Source: Thermoanaerobaculia bacterium
GTDB taxonomy: Bacteria > Acidobacteriota > Thermoanaerobaculia > Multivoradales > JAGPDF01
Length of the DNA: 64,000 nt
Direction of reading: 5' to 3'
NCBI GenBank assembly: GCA_039932315.1
Contig: JBDTQG010000005.1
Coordinates: forward strand, 21,186-85,185
This document shows positions 38,681-47,490 of this stretch, piece after piece; within the stretch, counting starts at the first letter, position 1; each line of letters opens with the position of its first letter. The notes beneath the pieces are model-generated. The model was not told the DNA's origin, did not search any database, and saw only the letters and a list, made by a program, of their open reading frames with translations. A program made the position numbers and the translations under genes.

Positions 38681-39382
38681 ATGCTGATTTCAAGCCCCAT
38701 GTGTCCGCAGTCCCGACCTCTCCTGGCGATCGCCGCCGCAGTCCTCCTCGGTGCACTTCCGGCCGCTGGCGCGGATTTCAACGGCCGCGTGCAACTGCTC
38801 GAAAAAGGCAAGCCGTCCGTGGACAAAACGCTGGCGGTCGATGCGACGGTCGTGGTTTTCGAGACCGGGCGGACGATGCCTGCGATGAAGCCTGTGAACG
38901 TCGAAATGGCGACGTTCAAGAAGGAGTTCGCGCCCCGGATTCTCGTCATTCCGGTCGGTTCCACGGTGCGATTCCCGAATCAGGACCCGATCCTGCACAA
39001 CGTCTTTTCGGTCTCCGGACGCAACTCCTTCGATCTCGGGCTGCTGGGCAAGGGGCCGGGAAAAGTCGCGACCTTCCGCGAGCCCGGAATCGTGCGCGTC
39101 TTCTGCAACGTCCATCACGGAATGTTCGGCTACATCTTCGTCGTGGCCTCCCCTTTCTGGGCCCACGTCGATGCGACCGGCGCTTTTCATATCCCGGGAG
39201 TACCGGCCGGCGCCGGCAAGCTGACCGTGTGGAACGAACGCAGCTCTCCCACGACGCGCGATCTGACGCTGCCGCTTCCGACTGGAACTCCGCTCACGAT
39301 CGGGATCGACATCACGATGCCGCGAATCCCGCCGCACAAGAACAAGCTCGGGCAGTCGTACACAGGAGGTAGTTATGGCTGA
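38681..39382 (+). CDS. periplasmic cupredoxin (type-1 copper site-like) protein with flanking Ig/CarboxypepD_reg-like strands
   Basis: Signal peptide present. Candidate ligand set is His106 in DPILHNVFS plus Cys142-x2-His145-x2-Met148 in VFCNVHHGMFG, which is amicyanin/plastocyanin-like spacing. Start is ATG 38681 or 38699. Confidence 0.75.
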   Translation: MLISSPMCPQSRPLLAIAAAVLLGALPAAGADFNGRVQLLEKGKPSVDKTLAVDATVVVFETGRTMPAMKPVNVEMATFKKEFAPRILVIPVGSTVRFPNQDPILHNVFSVSGRNSFDLGLLGKGPGKVATFREPGIVRVFCNVHHGMFGYIFVVASPFWAHVDATGAFHIPGVPAGAGKLTVWNERSSPTTRDLTLPLPTGTPLTIGIDITMPRIPPHKNKLGQSYTGGSYG

Positions 39383-42008
39383 GCGGCGCCGCGGACTGTC
39401 GCTCGGCACGCGAATTTTTCTCGGCACCGGGCTGCTGCTCGTGCTGGCTCTGGGACTCGCGATCGCGATCACATCCCTTCTCGGCAATCGCATCGGGCTC
39501 GCGAGCGCGACCGAGCGCATTCGCGCCAGCAACTCGGTCCAGGCCGTTTCGCAGGCGCAGCGCTACGAGGAGCTTCAGCTCCAGACCCAGATTCTGACCG
39601 CCGATCCCGAGCTCAAGGCCTACCTGCTGCGGGCCATCGACGAAAAAGATCAGCTCTCGCTTCTCGACCAGCTCGACGAACGGCAGAAGGACCTGGGCTA
39701 CGACTTCGCGCTGATGATCGATCCCCAGGGCCGGCTGCTGGTGCGCACGGACCAGCCGGACGCGCCGCCGGTGGACCTCTCGGCGCGACCGATGGTCAAG
39801 AAGGTGCTGGTCGATTTCGAAGCCAGCGGCGTCTGGCAGGAAGGCAACAAGATCTACGAAGCGGTCGCCGTTCCGCTGACGCTGTCGCAGAACGTGTTCG
39901 CCTATCTCGTGGTCGGATTCGCGATCAACGACGTGCGGGCGCTCGACGTCAAGCGGATCACCGGCACCGAAGTCGCCTATCTCACCGGCACGTCGGCCGG
40001 AGTCGCCGTCGTCGCTTCGACTCTCGGCCCGGCGCAGCAGGACAGTCTCATCGCCGACCTGCGGAATCGTGGCGACCTGCTTTCCCGGGTGACCGAGAAG
40101 GGGCAGGCGGTCGACCAGGTCGAAGTGTCGCTCGACAACTCCCGCTGGCTGGCGCTCCTCGCTCCGCTCAAGGATGCTGCCGGGGCGTCGGCCGGAGCGT
40201 CGGTATCTCTGACGTCGCTCGACAAGGAGCTTGCCGGTTACACCCGGATCCGCAACCTGCTTCTGATTCTCGGCGTGGTCACGATCGCCGCCGCGCTGGT
40301 CGTCTCCTATCTGCTGTCGCAGCTCGCATTCCGGCCGGTGCGTCAGCTCGTGGCCGCAGCGACCGCGGCACGATCGGGCAACTACGACGTGCCGATGCCG
40401 ACCGGTGGACCGGGTGAAGTGGCCGACCTCGCGAGCGCGTTCACAACCCTGCTGATCGATCTGCGCGAGCGTCGCGACATGGCGGCTTACGTGGCTTCGC
40501 TGTCGCGGAACCTGCCGGAGCCGGTGGCCCGCGGCGATGCGCCCTCGCGGCCGGAGCGTGCGCGCCTGACTCTTCTCGGCGTCGATCTGCGGCGCTTCGC
40601 GAATCCGCGTCAGAACGCCGATCCCGACGAAGTTTTCCAGATGCTGTCGCGCGATCTCAAGCGCACGCTGAATGCGGTGCAGACGAACAACGGCCACCTC
40701 GAAGCCGTGTTCGGCCATCGCGCCATCGCGAGTTTTCACGGACCCATGCAGGCCGACCGGGCCCTCGCTGCGGCTTCCGAGATCCTCGCCACCGTCGCGC
40801 AGCACGATGCCGATTTCGATCCCGCATCGGCTCCGGCCATGGCGATCGCATCGGGCGAAGCCCTGACCGGCGCAGTGAACTTCAGCGATCAGGCCGAGCG
40901 CACGGTGGTCGGGCTTCCCCTGCAGCAGGTCGAAGGACTGCTGCGCGAGGCCGGCGCCGGCGATGTGCTGCTCGCGCCGGCGGTGCACGCGGAGGTCGCG
41001 GACAGCCTCTCGAAGTCCGGCATCGAGCTCGAGGCGCAACGCGGACTGCTTTCGACACAGGCGCTCTTCGTCTTGACCCGGGAAGAGGCGACGCGGATGG
41101 CCGGGCGCTCGCCCTCCCGCTCCGTCACCGCAGTCACGGCGATGCCGGCCGCCGCGCGCGGCAACTTCGACACGCTGTCGGATGTCGGGCCGGGAACTTT
41201 GCTGGGCTCGCGATTCGAAATTCTCTCGACACTCGGTGCCGGCGGAATGGGTGTGGTCTTCAAGGCGCGCGACCGCGAGCTGGACGATCTCGTCGCGCTC
41301 AAGATGCTCAAGCGCGAAGTCGCCGGCGACCGCAACCTCGTCGAACGACTGAAGAGCGAACTCAAGCTCGCGCGGAAGATCACGCACCCGAACATTCTCC
41401 GCACCTTCGATTTCGGCGAAATCGACGGCATTCCCTTCATCTCGATGGAGTACGTCCGCGGGCTCACCCTTCGCGCCATGCTGGAGCGCTCCGGGCGTCT
41501 GCCCTATTCGGCAGGCCTGCGCCTCGCACGGCAGCTGACTTCGGGGCTCGCCGCAGCGCATTCTCAGGCGATCATCCATCGCGACATCAAGCCGGAAAAC
41601 ATCATTCTCGACTCGCTCGGCAACGCGAAGCTGATGGACTTCGGTCTCGCGCGTCCGGTCACCCGGCTCACGCCGGGTCAGACCCAGGCCGGTTTCATCG
41701 TCGGCACACCGCACTACCTCGCCCCGGAACAGCTCGAAGGCAAGGAGCCCGATCAGCGCGCCGACGTTTACGCCTGCGGCGTCGTGATGTTCGAGATGTT
41801 CACCGGCCGTCTGCCGTTTGGCGGCGAAAATGCGATGGAGATCATCCTCAAGCACCTGAAGGAGCCGCCAGCGGCACCGCACGAATTCTGGCCGGAGATC
41901 CCGCCAGAGCTGGACCGCCTGCTCCTTCGTTGTCTCGAAAAGGGGCCCGACGCCCGCTACGCCGACGCCGGCGCGCTCGAAGCCGAGCTCGACAAGCTGA
42001 CGGCCTGA
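39375..42008 (+). CDS. transmembrane sensor Ser/Thr protein kinase (periplasmic Cache-like domain, HAMP, degenerate class III cyclase-homology domain, kinase)
   Basis: TM1 at aa 13-35, a ~255-aa periplasmic domain, TM2 at aa 293-316. HAMP (FRPVRQLVAAATAARSGNYDVP...LASAFTTLLIDL). Cyclase-like region aa ~396-568. Kinase motifs GAGGMGVVFKA, ALKML, HRDIKPENIIL, DFGLAR, APEQ. Confidence 0.85.
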   Translation: MAERRRGLSLGTRIFLGTGLLLVLALGLAIAITSLLGNRIGLASATERIRASNSVQAVSQAQRYEELQLQTQILTADPELKAYLLRAIDEKDQLSLLDQLDERQKDLGYDFALMIDPQGRLLVRTDQPDAPPVDLSARPMVKKVLVDFEASGVWQEGNKIYEAVAVPLTLSQNVFAYLVVGFAINDVRALDVKRITGTEVAYLTGTSAGVAVVASTLGPAQQDSLIADLRNRGDLLSRVTEKGQAVDQVEVSLDNSRWLALLAPLKDAAGASAGASVSLTSLDKELAGYTRIRNLLLILGVVTIAAALVVSYLLSQLAFRPVRQLVAAATAARSGNYDVPMPTGGPGEVADLASAFTTLLIDLRERRDMAAYVASLSRNLPEPVARGDAPSRPERARLTLLGVDLRRFANPRQNADPDEVFQMLSRDLKRTLNAVQTNNGHLEAVFGHRAIASFHGPMQADRALAAASEILATVAQHDADFDPASAPAMAIASGEALTGAVNFSDQAERTVVGLPLQQVEGLLREAGAGDVLLAPAVHAEVADSLSKSGIELEAQRGLLSTQALFVLTREEATRMAGRSPSRSVTAVTAMPAAARGNFDTLSDVGPGTLLGSRFEILSTLGAGGMGVVFKARDRELDDLVALKMLKREVAGDRNLVERLKSELKLARKITHPNILRTFDFGEIDGIPFISMEYVRGLTLRAMLERSGRLPYSAGLRLARQLTSGLAAAHSQAIIHRDIKPENIILDSLGNAKLMDFGLARPVTRLTPGQTQAGFIVGTPHYLAPEQLEGKEPDQRADVYACGVVMFEMFTGRLPFGGENAMEIILKHLKEPPAAPHEFWPEIPPELDRLLLRCLEKGPDARYADAGALEAELDKLTA

Positions 42009-42058
42009 TCCCTCTCGGGTCCGCAGGAATCGACGGGCCCGCGGGTTTCTGAGGAGGC

Positions 42059-42763
42059 GTGGCAGCGAGCGATCCCCGGCCGGACGAGACCCTACCCGAG
42101 CTCGATGCGGATTGGGAGCTTCTTGCGCGTGCCGCGCTGGGGCGGGACTCTGTCGCGGGAGGGGCGGGGGCCGACGACGCCTTCGCCGCGCTGGTCGAGC
42201 GGCACCAGGAGCGCGTCGTCCGGTTGTGTACGCACTGGCTCGGCGATCGCGAGGCGGGACAGGACGCTGCACAGGAGGTCTTTCTCAAGGCCTTTCGTCA
42301 TGCCGGTTCCGTCGAGCCCCGGGGCCGCTTCTACACCTGGCTGTACCGGGTTGCCGTCAATCATTGCCTGAACCAGCTGCGTCGTCGCCGGATCGCGAGA
42401 TTCTTCTCGCTGCAGGGGATGCGCACTGCCGGAGATCGCGCCGCGGGTGATGCGGACCTCGAGTTCGATCCCGCGGACGGAGCTCCCGGAGCCGAGCGCA
42501 TTGTCCTGGCGCGCGAGCGCTGGCGAACGACGCGTGAGCGGCTCGACGCACTGCCGGAAAGCCAGCGCGTCGTGCTGCTCCTGGCGAAGTTCGAAGGGCT
42601 TTCCGGTCGGGAGATTGCCGAAACGCTGGGCATCACGGAAGGCGCCGTCGAGAGCCGGCTGGTTCGCGCGATGCGGCGCCTGACGGCGCAGGAAGAGCCG
42701 GAAGAGCGGGTTTCATCACCCGGGGAGAGATCGAATGAGTCGGCGAGCGATGCAGGAGGCTGA
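42059..42763 (+). CDS. ECF-type RNA polymerase sigma factor
   Basis: GTG 42059 preceded by GAGGAGG. Region 2 (QDAAQEVFLKAFRH..FYTWLYRVAVNHCLN) and region 4 (LPESQRVVLLLAKFEGLSGREIAETLGITEGAVESRLVRA). Confidence 0.9.
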   Translation: MAASDPRPDETLPELDADWELLARAALGRDSVAGGAGADDAFAALVERHQERVVRLCTHWLGDREAGQDAAQEVFLKAFRHAGSVEPRGRFYTWLYRVAVNHCLNQLRRRRIARFFSLQGMRTAGDRAAGDADLEFDPADGAPGAERIVLARERWRTTRERLDALPESQRVVLLLAKFEGLSGREIAETLGITEGAVESRLVRAMRRLTAQEEPEERVSSPGERSNESASDAGG

Positions 42764-43184
42764 GGCGCAGTGGGCAAAGGCGCAGCTGGCGGTCGGTGCC
42801 GGCAGGGCTCCGGGCGCTGTGGACGATCCCCTTTTGCGGCGCACAACTGAGGCGGCGGTGGGGGATCTCCGCCGGACCTGGATCGACCTCGAGCTGCCGC
42901 CGGTTGCGATTCCGCCGGACTTCGCCCGACGGATTTCCCGTGCCTGGAATCTGGAGCGGAGTCGGGGGTCGGGCGCGATGTTGTCGCTCGGCTGGATGCG
43001 CGCCGCCGCCGCGGCAGCGCTCTTCGCGGGAGTCGCGCTCGGAACGGCGCTGGCGGTGAACGATGAGTCATCCCGGATCGCTGCATCCGACGACGACGCC
43101 TGGCAGTCGTCCTCGCTTTCCGAGGAATACCTGAGCGCCCTCGCCCTGCCGGAAGCGCCGGTCTCGTCCGTGGAGCAGCCGTGA
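42735..43184 (+). CDS. single-pass membrane protein, anti-sigma factor candidate by position only
   Basis: Starts 29 nt inside the sigma gene. One TM helix (AAAAALFAGVALGTALAV) and a short acidic extracytoplasmic tail. No zf-HC2 motif. Confidence 0.5.
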   Translation: MSRRAMQEAEAQWAKAQLAVGAGRAPGAVDDPLLRRTTEAAVGDLRRTWIDLELPPVAIPPDFARRISRAWNLERSRGSGAMLSLGWMRAAAAAALFAGVALGTALAVNDESSRIAASDDDAWQSSSLSEEYLSALALPEAPVSSVEQP

Positions 43185-43732
43185 AGCGCAGTTGGTTGAT
43201 CCTGGCTCTGCTTCTTTCGGTCGGCGTGAACTGCGGCCTGCTCGGCATCTCGATCCTCCGCCACCGCTGGTGGAACGGGATGGAACGCGGCGACCGTTTC
43301 CCGGGGCACGAAGGTGCGTTCCTCGCGGAGCGCCTCCACCTCAACGGCGAGACGCGCAAGAGTTTCCTCGAGCTGCAACGCGCGCTCGGCGAGCGTGTGC
43401 GCGCCGGGCGGAAAGCGATCGACGAGGGGCGGCGGACGCTTCGTCAGGAGCTCGTCCAGCCGGCGCCCGACCGCGCGCGGGTCGATGCGCTGCTGAACGA
43501 AATCGGGCAGCAGCAGAGCGCGCTCGAGCGCGCTCTGGTGGACAATGTCCTGGCGGCTCGTGAGCTGCTCGACGAGCCGGCCGAGGGACAGTACCTGCAC
43601 TTCATCGAACGCTTCGGCAGCGGGATCGGCGGCGCGCGCGGTCACCCCGGAGAGCCGCCGCCGCGATCGGATCGTGCACCCGGCGAGAGCCGGCGCCGGC
43701 AGGGCTTTCGTCGTCCGGGCGGAGCTCCATAG
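43181..43732 (+). CDS. periplasmic CpxP/Spy/ZraP-like (heavy-metal-resistance family-like) protein
   Basis: GTG 43181 in a GTGA overlap. N-terminal signal/anchor (LILALLLSVGVNCGLLG). Helical region with L-x-x-x-Q type repeats (FLELQRAL, LLNEIGQQQSALERAL). Confidence 0.6.
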   Translation: MKRSWLILALLLSVGVNCGLLGISILRHRWWNGMERGDRFPGHEGAFLAERLHLNGETRKSFLELQRALGERVRAGRKAIDEGRRTLRQELVQPAPDRARVDALLNEIGQQQSALERALVDNVLAARELLDEPAEGQYLHFIERFGSGIGGARGHPGEPPPRSDRAPGESRRRQGFRRPGGAP

Positions 43733-43791
43733 CCGCCGTCTTCGCGGGTCAGCCTGCTTCGGCGCCCGGCGCGCATGATAATTTTCCCGCG

Positions 43792-44757
43792 ATGATCCGC
43801 GTCATGATTTTTCAGGAAGACGACACGGTGCGCTGCGGCGGCGCCGAGCTGCTGCCGACCGCGCTGGACCCCGCGATTGCCGGCTGGATCGACATCGACG
43901 GCGAGAACGAAGCGGCTGAACAGCTTCTTCGGGATCAGAATTTTCATCCTCTGGCGATCGAAGATACGTTCACATTGCAGCATCAGCCGCGCGCCGAGGA
44001 GTATGCCGACCATCTCTTCGTGATCGTGCGCGGAATCGACTTCAATACGGATCAAGCCGTCGAAGAGCTGCAGACGCTGAAGCTCGCCGCATTTCTGCGT
44101 CGCAATCTGCTCATCACCGTGCATCGCAGGCCCCTGCGCAGCGTTCAGGCCGTGCGCGCGCGCATCGAGGAGAACCGGCGCGCGCTCCCCGGTGGAGTCG
44201 TGCAGATCCTGTGGAGCATCTGTGACGAGCTGATCGATCTCTACTTTCCGATCATCGACGATATCGGCGGGCGCATCGAAGCCCTCGAACAGGAAGTGCT
44301 CAACGACGCGCAGCGCGAGCATCTGCAGGCGATTCTGGATCTGCGGCGCAAGCTCGGCGTGATGCGGCGGACCATGTTGCCGCATCGGTCGGTGTTCGGC
44401 CATCTGGCGAATTCGCGGGATGCCCTGTTCGACGCCACGGCGTCGCTCAATTTCCGCGACACGCTGGAGAACGTCCTGCGGCTCACCGACGCCATCGATC
44501 AGCAGCGGGATCAGCTGTCGAACGTGAAAGACACCTATCTTTCGGTGGTTTCGCAGCGCACCAACGAGATCATGAAGGTGCTGACCCTGTTCTCGGCGAT
44601 CATGCTTCCCTTGACGTTCATCGCCGGTGTCTACGGTATGAATTTCGAGCACATGCCGGAGCTCTCCAGTCAGGACGGCTACTTCATCGTGCTGGGCGTC
44701 ATGGCGGCGGTGGCGATCGGCATGACGATCTGGTTCCGTCGCCGCCGCTGGTTGTAG
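43792..44757 (+). CDS. corA: CorA family magnesium/cobalt/nickel transporter
   Basis: HPLAIEDT in the N-terminal domain, two C-terminal TM helices, and the YGMNF signature (GVYGMNFEHMPEL). Confidence 0.9.
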   Translation: MIRVMIFQEDDTVRCGGAELLPTALDPAIAGWIDIDGENEAAEQLLRDQNFHPLAIEDTFTLQHQPRAEEYADHLFVIVRGIDFNTDQAVEELQTLKLAAFLRRNLLITVHRRPLRSVQAVRARIEENRRALPGGVVQILWSICDELIDLYFPIIDDIGGRIEALEQEVLNDAQREHLQAILDLRRKLGVMRRTMLPHRSVFGHLANSRDALFDATASLNFRDTLENVLRLTDAIDQQRDQLSNVKDTYLSVVSQRTNEIMKVLTLFSAIMLPLTFIAGVYGMNFEHMPELSSQDGYFIVLGVMAAVAIGMTIWFRRRRWL

Positions 44758-44812
44758 GCGAAGGTTATCTTTCGACCCCGCTCCCGCGGATCTTCATCTC
44801 CAGGTCGCGGCT

Positions 44813-44847
44813 CGCCTCGCTTCTTTCGATCAGCGGCAGGCGAGGCG
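44813..44847. other. 8-bp perfect inverted repeat (cgcctcgc / gcgaggcg) spanning the stop codon of the TPR kinase gene
   Basis: Read directly between the convergent corA and kinase genes. No U-tract on either strand. Confidence 0.25.
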
Positions 44848-47490
44848 CTTCCGCGCGGCTTCCAGGGCGGCGACGGTGTCGATCAGCAGACGATCCGAAG
44901 TCGCTTCGGGGAGCGTGTGTCCGCTCGCGGCGGCTGCGGTGAGCGCGCTGCAGCGCTCGGGATCGAGTGCCGGCGCGAGCAGCGCGACCTCGGCCGCGGC
45001 GCGGAAGCGGTCGCGTCCGAGCGTCCGGGCGCCGCCGTCCTTCTCGAGGCTCGCGGCCGCTCGGAGTGCCGCGCGTGCCCGTTGCCGCGCTTTCGTGGTG
45101 TCTCCGGACAGATGATAGGCGGACGCCTCCGAAGCCAGCCGGCCGAGGGCGATGGTGCGGTTGTCGAGGCTGTCGGGGTCGCGCGCCAGGAGACCGGAAA
45201 GCAGACTCTCTCCCCGCGCTAGACAGAGAAGCGCGCCCTCCGGCTGATGTTCGAGCAGATGCAGCTCGGCTCTTTCGTTGAGCTCCTCGGCGAGGTCGCG
45301 CACCGACTGGGCGTCCGCGGGCTCTGCGGCCAGCCGCTGCTCGAGCGCCGCGAGAAGAGCGTCGAGCGCGGGTCTCGCTTCGGCAAATCGTCCGAGCTGG
45401 CGAAATGCGTGCGCTTGCAGACTGAGCACGAAATTCCGGTCCCGCTTCAGTTGCGGATCGTCGGGCCACGTCGCGACGAGCTTCTCGGCCCGAGCGAGAG
45501 CAGGCCCCGTTTCCGCAAGCGCGGCGTCGAGCTCGCCCAGTTGAACGTGGTCGTAGAGCGATGTCAGGAGGATGATGGAGAAGTCGCGGTTCGCCTCCTT
45601 CTCGTTCGGAAAGCGGGCGACGAGCTCGCGCGCGATCTCCTTGGCGCGGGCGTGCGCCTGGAGCGCTTCCGCCGGCTTCGCTTTCACCAGCAGGTTGGCG
45701 AAGTCCACCGCAATGACGAGCCTCTGCCGCTCGCTCTTCAGGCTGCCGGCACCCAGCCGGGCGCCCTCTTCGGCGAGCGGGAGCGCCAGCCGGTAGTGGG
45801 CCTCGGCGTCGGCGGCGCGGCCCTGAGCCGTGGCGACCCGCGCGCGGGAGAGCGCCAGCCCGGCGCGCAGCTGCAGAACTTCGGCGTCGACGGCGCCGGG
45901 CGCAGCGGTCGCTTCGGCGATCACGCGGTCCGCCCGTGCATAGCTCCGGTCGGCTCCGTCGAGATCGCCCAGATTCGCGACGTGCGGGCCGCCTTGCAGG
46001 TCGCCGACGCGCGCCCAGCTCCTGGCGAGCTCCATCGCCAGCGCGCGATCCGCCGCGACGTCCTTCGACAGGGTCTCGAGATAGTGGGTCGCGTGCTCGA
46101 GAATCGCCTTGCGGACCGAAAGCGAGCCGGGCAGCGCGGCGACCTGATCGTGCACGTCGTGCAGCAAAGCCTCCGAGAGACCGCGAACGTCATCGAAGCG
46201 ACGCTGGGTGCGGGCGCGTTCCCGCTCGGCGACGCGCGCCTGCCAGAGAACCGCGACCAGCGCGACGGTGAGCGCCGCCGCAGCGAGCGCCGCGGCGGCG
46301 ACGGCGAGACGATGCCGGTGCAGGAATCGAGACAGGCGATAACGCACAGTGTCGGGGCGAGCCGCGACGGGTCGGCCATCGAGATGACGGCGAATGTCGT
46401 CGGCGAAAGCCTCGGCTGTCGGATAGCGGCGTTCGGGCAGGTCGGCAAGCGCCCGCGTGACGATGGCATCCAGATCGCCTTCGAGCCGTTCCGCGAGGCG
46501 CAGCGATTGGCTGTCGGCTGCGGAGCGCTCGCGTACCTTGCGGCTCGGGCGCGTCGGAAACGTTGGAGTGGTGGGAGCGAACGGCGCCGATGCGACGGAG
46601 CTCCGGGGCTCCCGCGGCGCTTCGCCGACCAGCAGCGCATAGGCGAGTGCTCCGAGGCCCCAGACGTCGGTCGCTGTCGTCGTCGGCGCTCCGCTCAGCT
46701 GCTCCGGGGCGGCGTAGGACGGCGTCATGATCTGAACGCCGCGCTCGGTCGCGAGTCCTCCGCCGCCGGGCTCGAGCAGTTTCGCGATGCCGAAGTCGAG
46801 AAGCTTGACCTCGCCGTCCGGCGTCACGAGCACGTTCGAAGGTTTGAGGTCGCGGTGGACGACGAGATTGCGATGGGCGTAGCTCACGGCGTCGCAGATC
46901 GAGAGCAGGATGGCGAGACGCTGCTCCACGCTCAGCGCGTGCTGGACGGCGAACTGATGCAGGGGCAGGCCGTCGACGCGCTCCATCACGAGGTAGGGGC
47001 GGCCGTCGGCGAGCGCGCCGCCATCCAGCAGTCGTGCGATCGCCGGATGCTCGAGGCGGGCGAGAATCTGACGCTCGCGCACGAAACGAGCCACGAGATC
47101 GTCGGTGTCCAGGCCGCGCCGCAGGATCTTCACGGCCACGCGCTGCGCGAAAGTACCGTCATCGCGCTCGCCGGCGAAAACGTCGGCCATTCCGCCGCGG
47201 CCGAGGAGATCCAGCACACGATAGGCACCGGCGTGCGCCGGCGGCGGCTCCGCCGGAAGCGGCTCGGCCTCGTCGTTCTGCGGCGCGAGCGCGAGCGGCC
47301 GGTCCAGAAGATCACGGCCGGTGCGATCGGCCGCGAGCAGGCGGGCGAGAGCGTCGGCAAAAGCGGGATCGGCGTGCCGGATCTCCCGCAGACGCGCGCC
47401 GCATTCGTCGGCGGCGAGCTCCACGAGCTCGCCGAAGCTTTCCGTCAGAAGACGCCAGCGCGCAGCGTCGGGTGTCTCGCCGCCGCTCAA
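44830..47490 (-). CDS. Ser/Thr protein kinase with one TM helix and periplasmic TPR repeats
   Basis: GRGGMADVFAG, VAVKILR, HRDLKPSNVLV, DFGIAK and APEQ, then TM (LAVAAAALAAAALTVALVAVLW) and a ~480-aa helical repeat region. Confidence 0.9.
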   Translation of the reverse strand: MSGGETPDAARWRLLTESFGELVELAADECGARLREIRHADPAFADALARLLAADRTGRDLLDRPLALAPQNDEAEPLPAEPPPAHAGAYRVLDLLGRGGMADVFAGERDDGTFAQRVAVKILRRGLDTDDLVARFVRERQILARLEHPAIARLLDGGALADGRPYLVMERVDGLPLHQFAVQHALSVEQRLAILLSICDAVSYAHRNLVVHRDLKPSNVLVTPDGEVKLLDFGIAKLLEPGGGGLATERGVQIMTPSYAAPEQLSGAPTTTATDVWGLGALAYALLVGEAPREPRSSVASAPFAPTTPTFPTRPSRKVRERSAADSQSLRLAERLEGDLDAIVTRALADLPERRYPTAEAFADDIRRHLDGRPVAARPDTVRYRLSRFLHRHRLAVAAAALAAAALTVALVAVLWQARVAERERARTQRRFDDVRGLSEALLHDVHDQVAALPGSLSVRKAILEHATHYLETLSKDVAADRALAMELARSWARVGDLQGGPHVANLGDLDGADRSYARADRVIAEATAAPGAVDAEVLQLRAGLALSRARVATAQGRAADAEAHYRLALPLAEEGARLGAGSLKSERQRLVIAVDFANLLVKAKPAEALQAHARAKEIARELVARFPNEKEANRDFSIILLTSLYDHVQLGELDAALAETGPALARAEKLVATWPDDPQLKRDRNFVLSLQAHAFRQLGRFAEARPALDALLAALEQRLAAEPADAQSVRDLAEELNERAELHLLEHQPEGALLCLARGESLLSGLLARDPDSLDNRTIALGRLASEASAYHLSGDTTKARQRARAALRAAASLEKDGGARTLGRDRFRAAAEVALLAPALDPERCSALTAAAASGHTLPEATSDRLLIDTVAALEAARKRLACR

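Noticed and set aside
39312-42272. 986-aa minus-strand ORF antisense to the sensor kinase
   Set aside because: Same reasoning. The plus strand shows HAMP and complete Hanks kinase motifs, and the antisense product is low-complexity Arg-rich.
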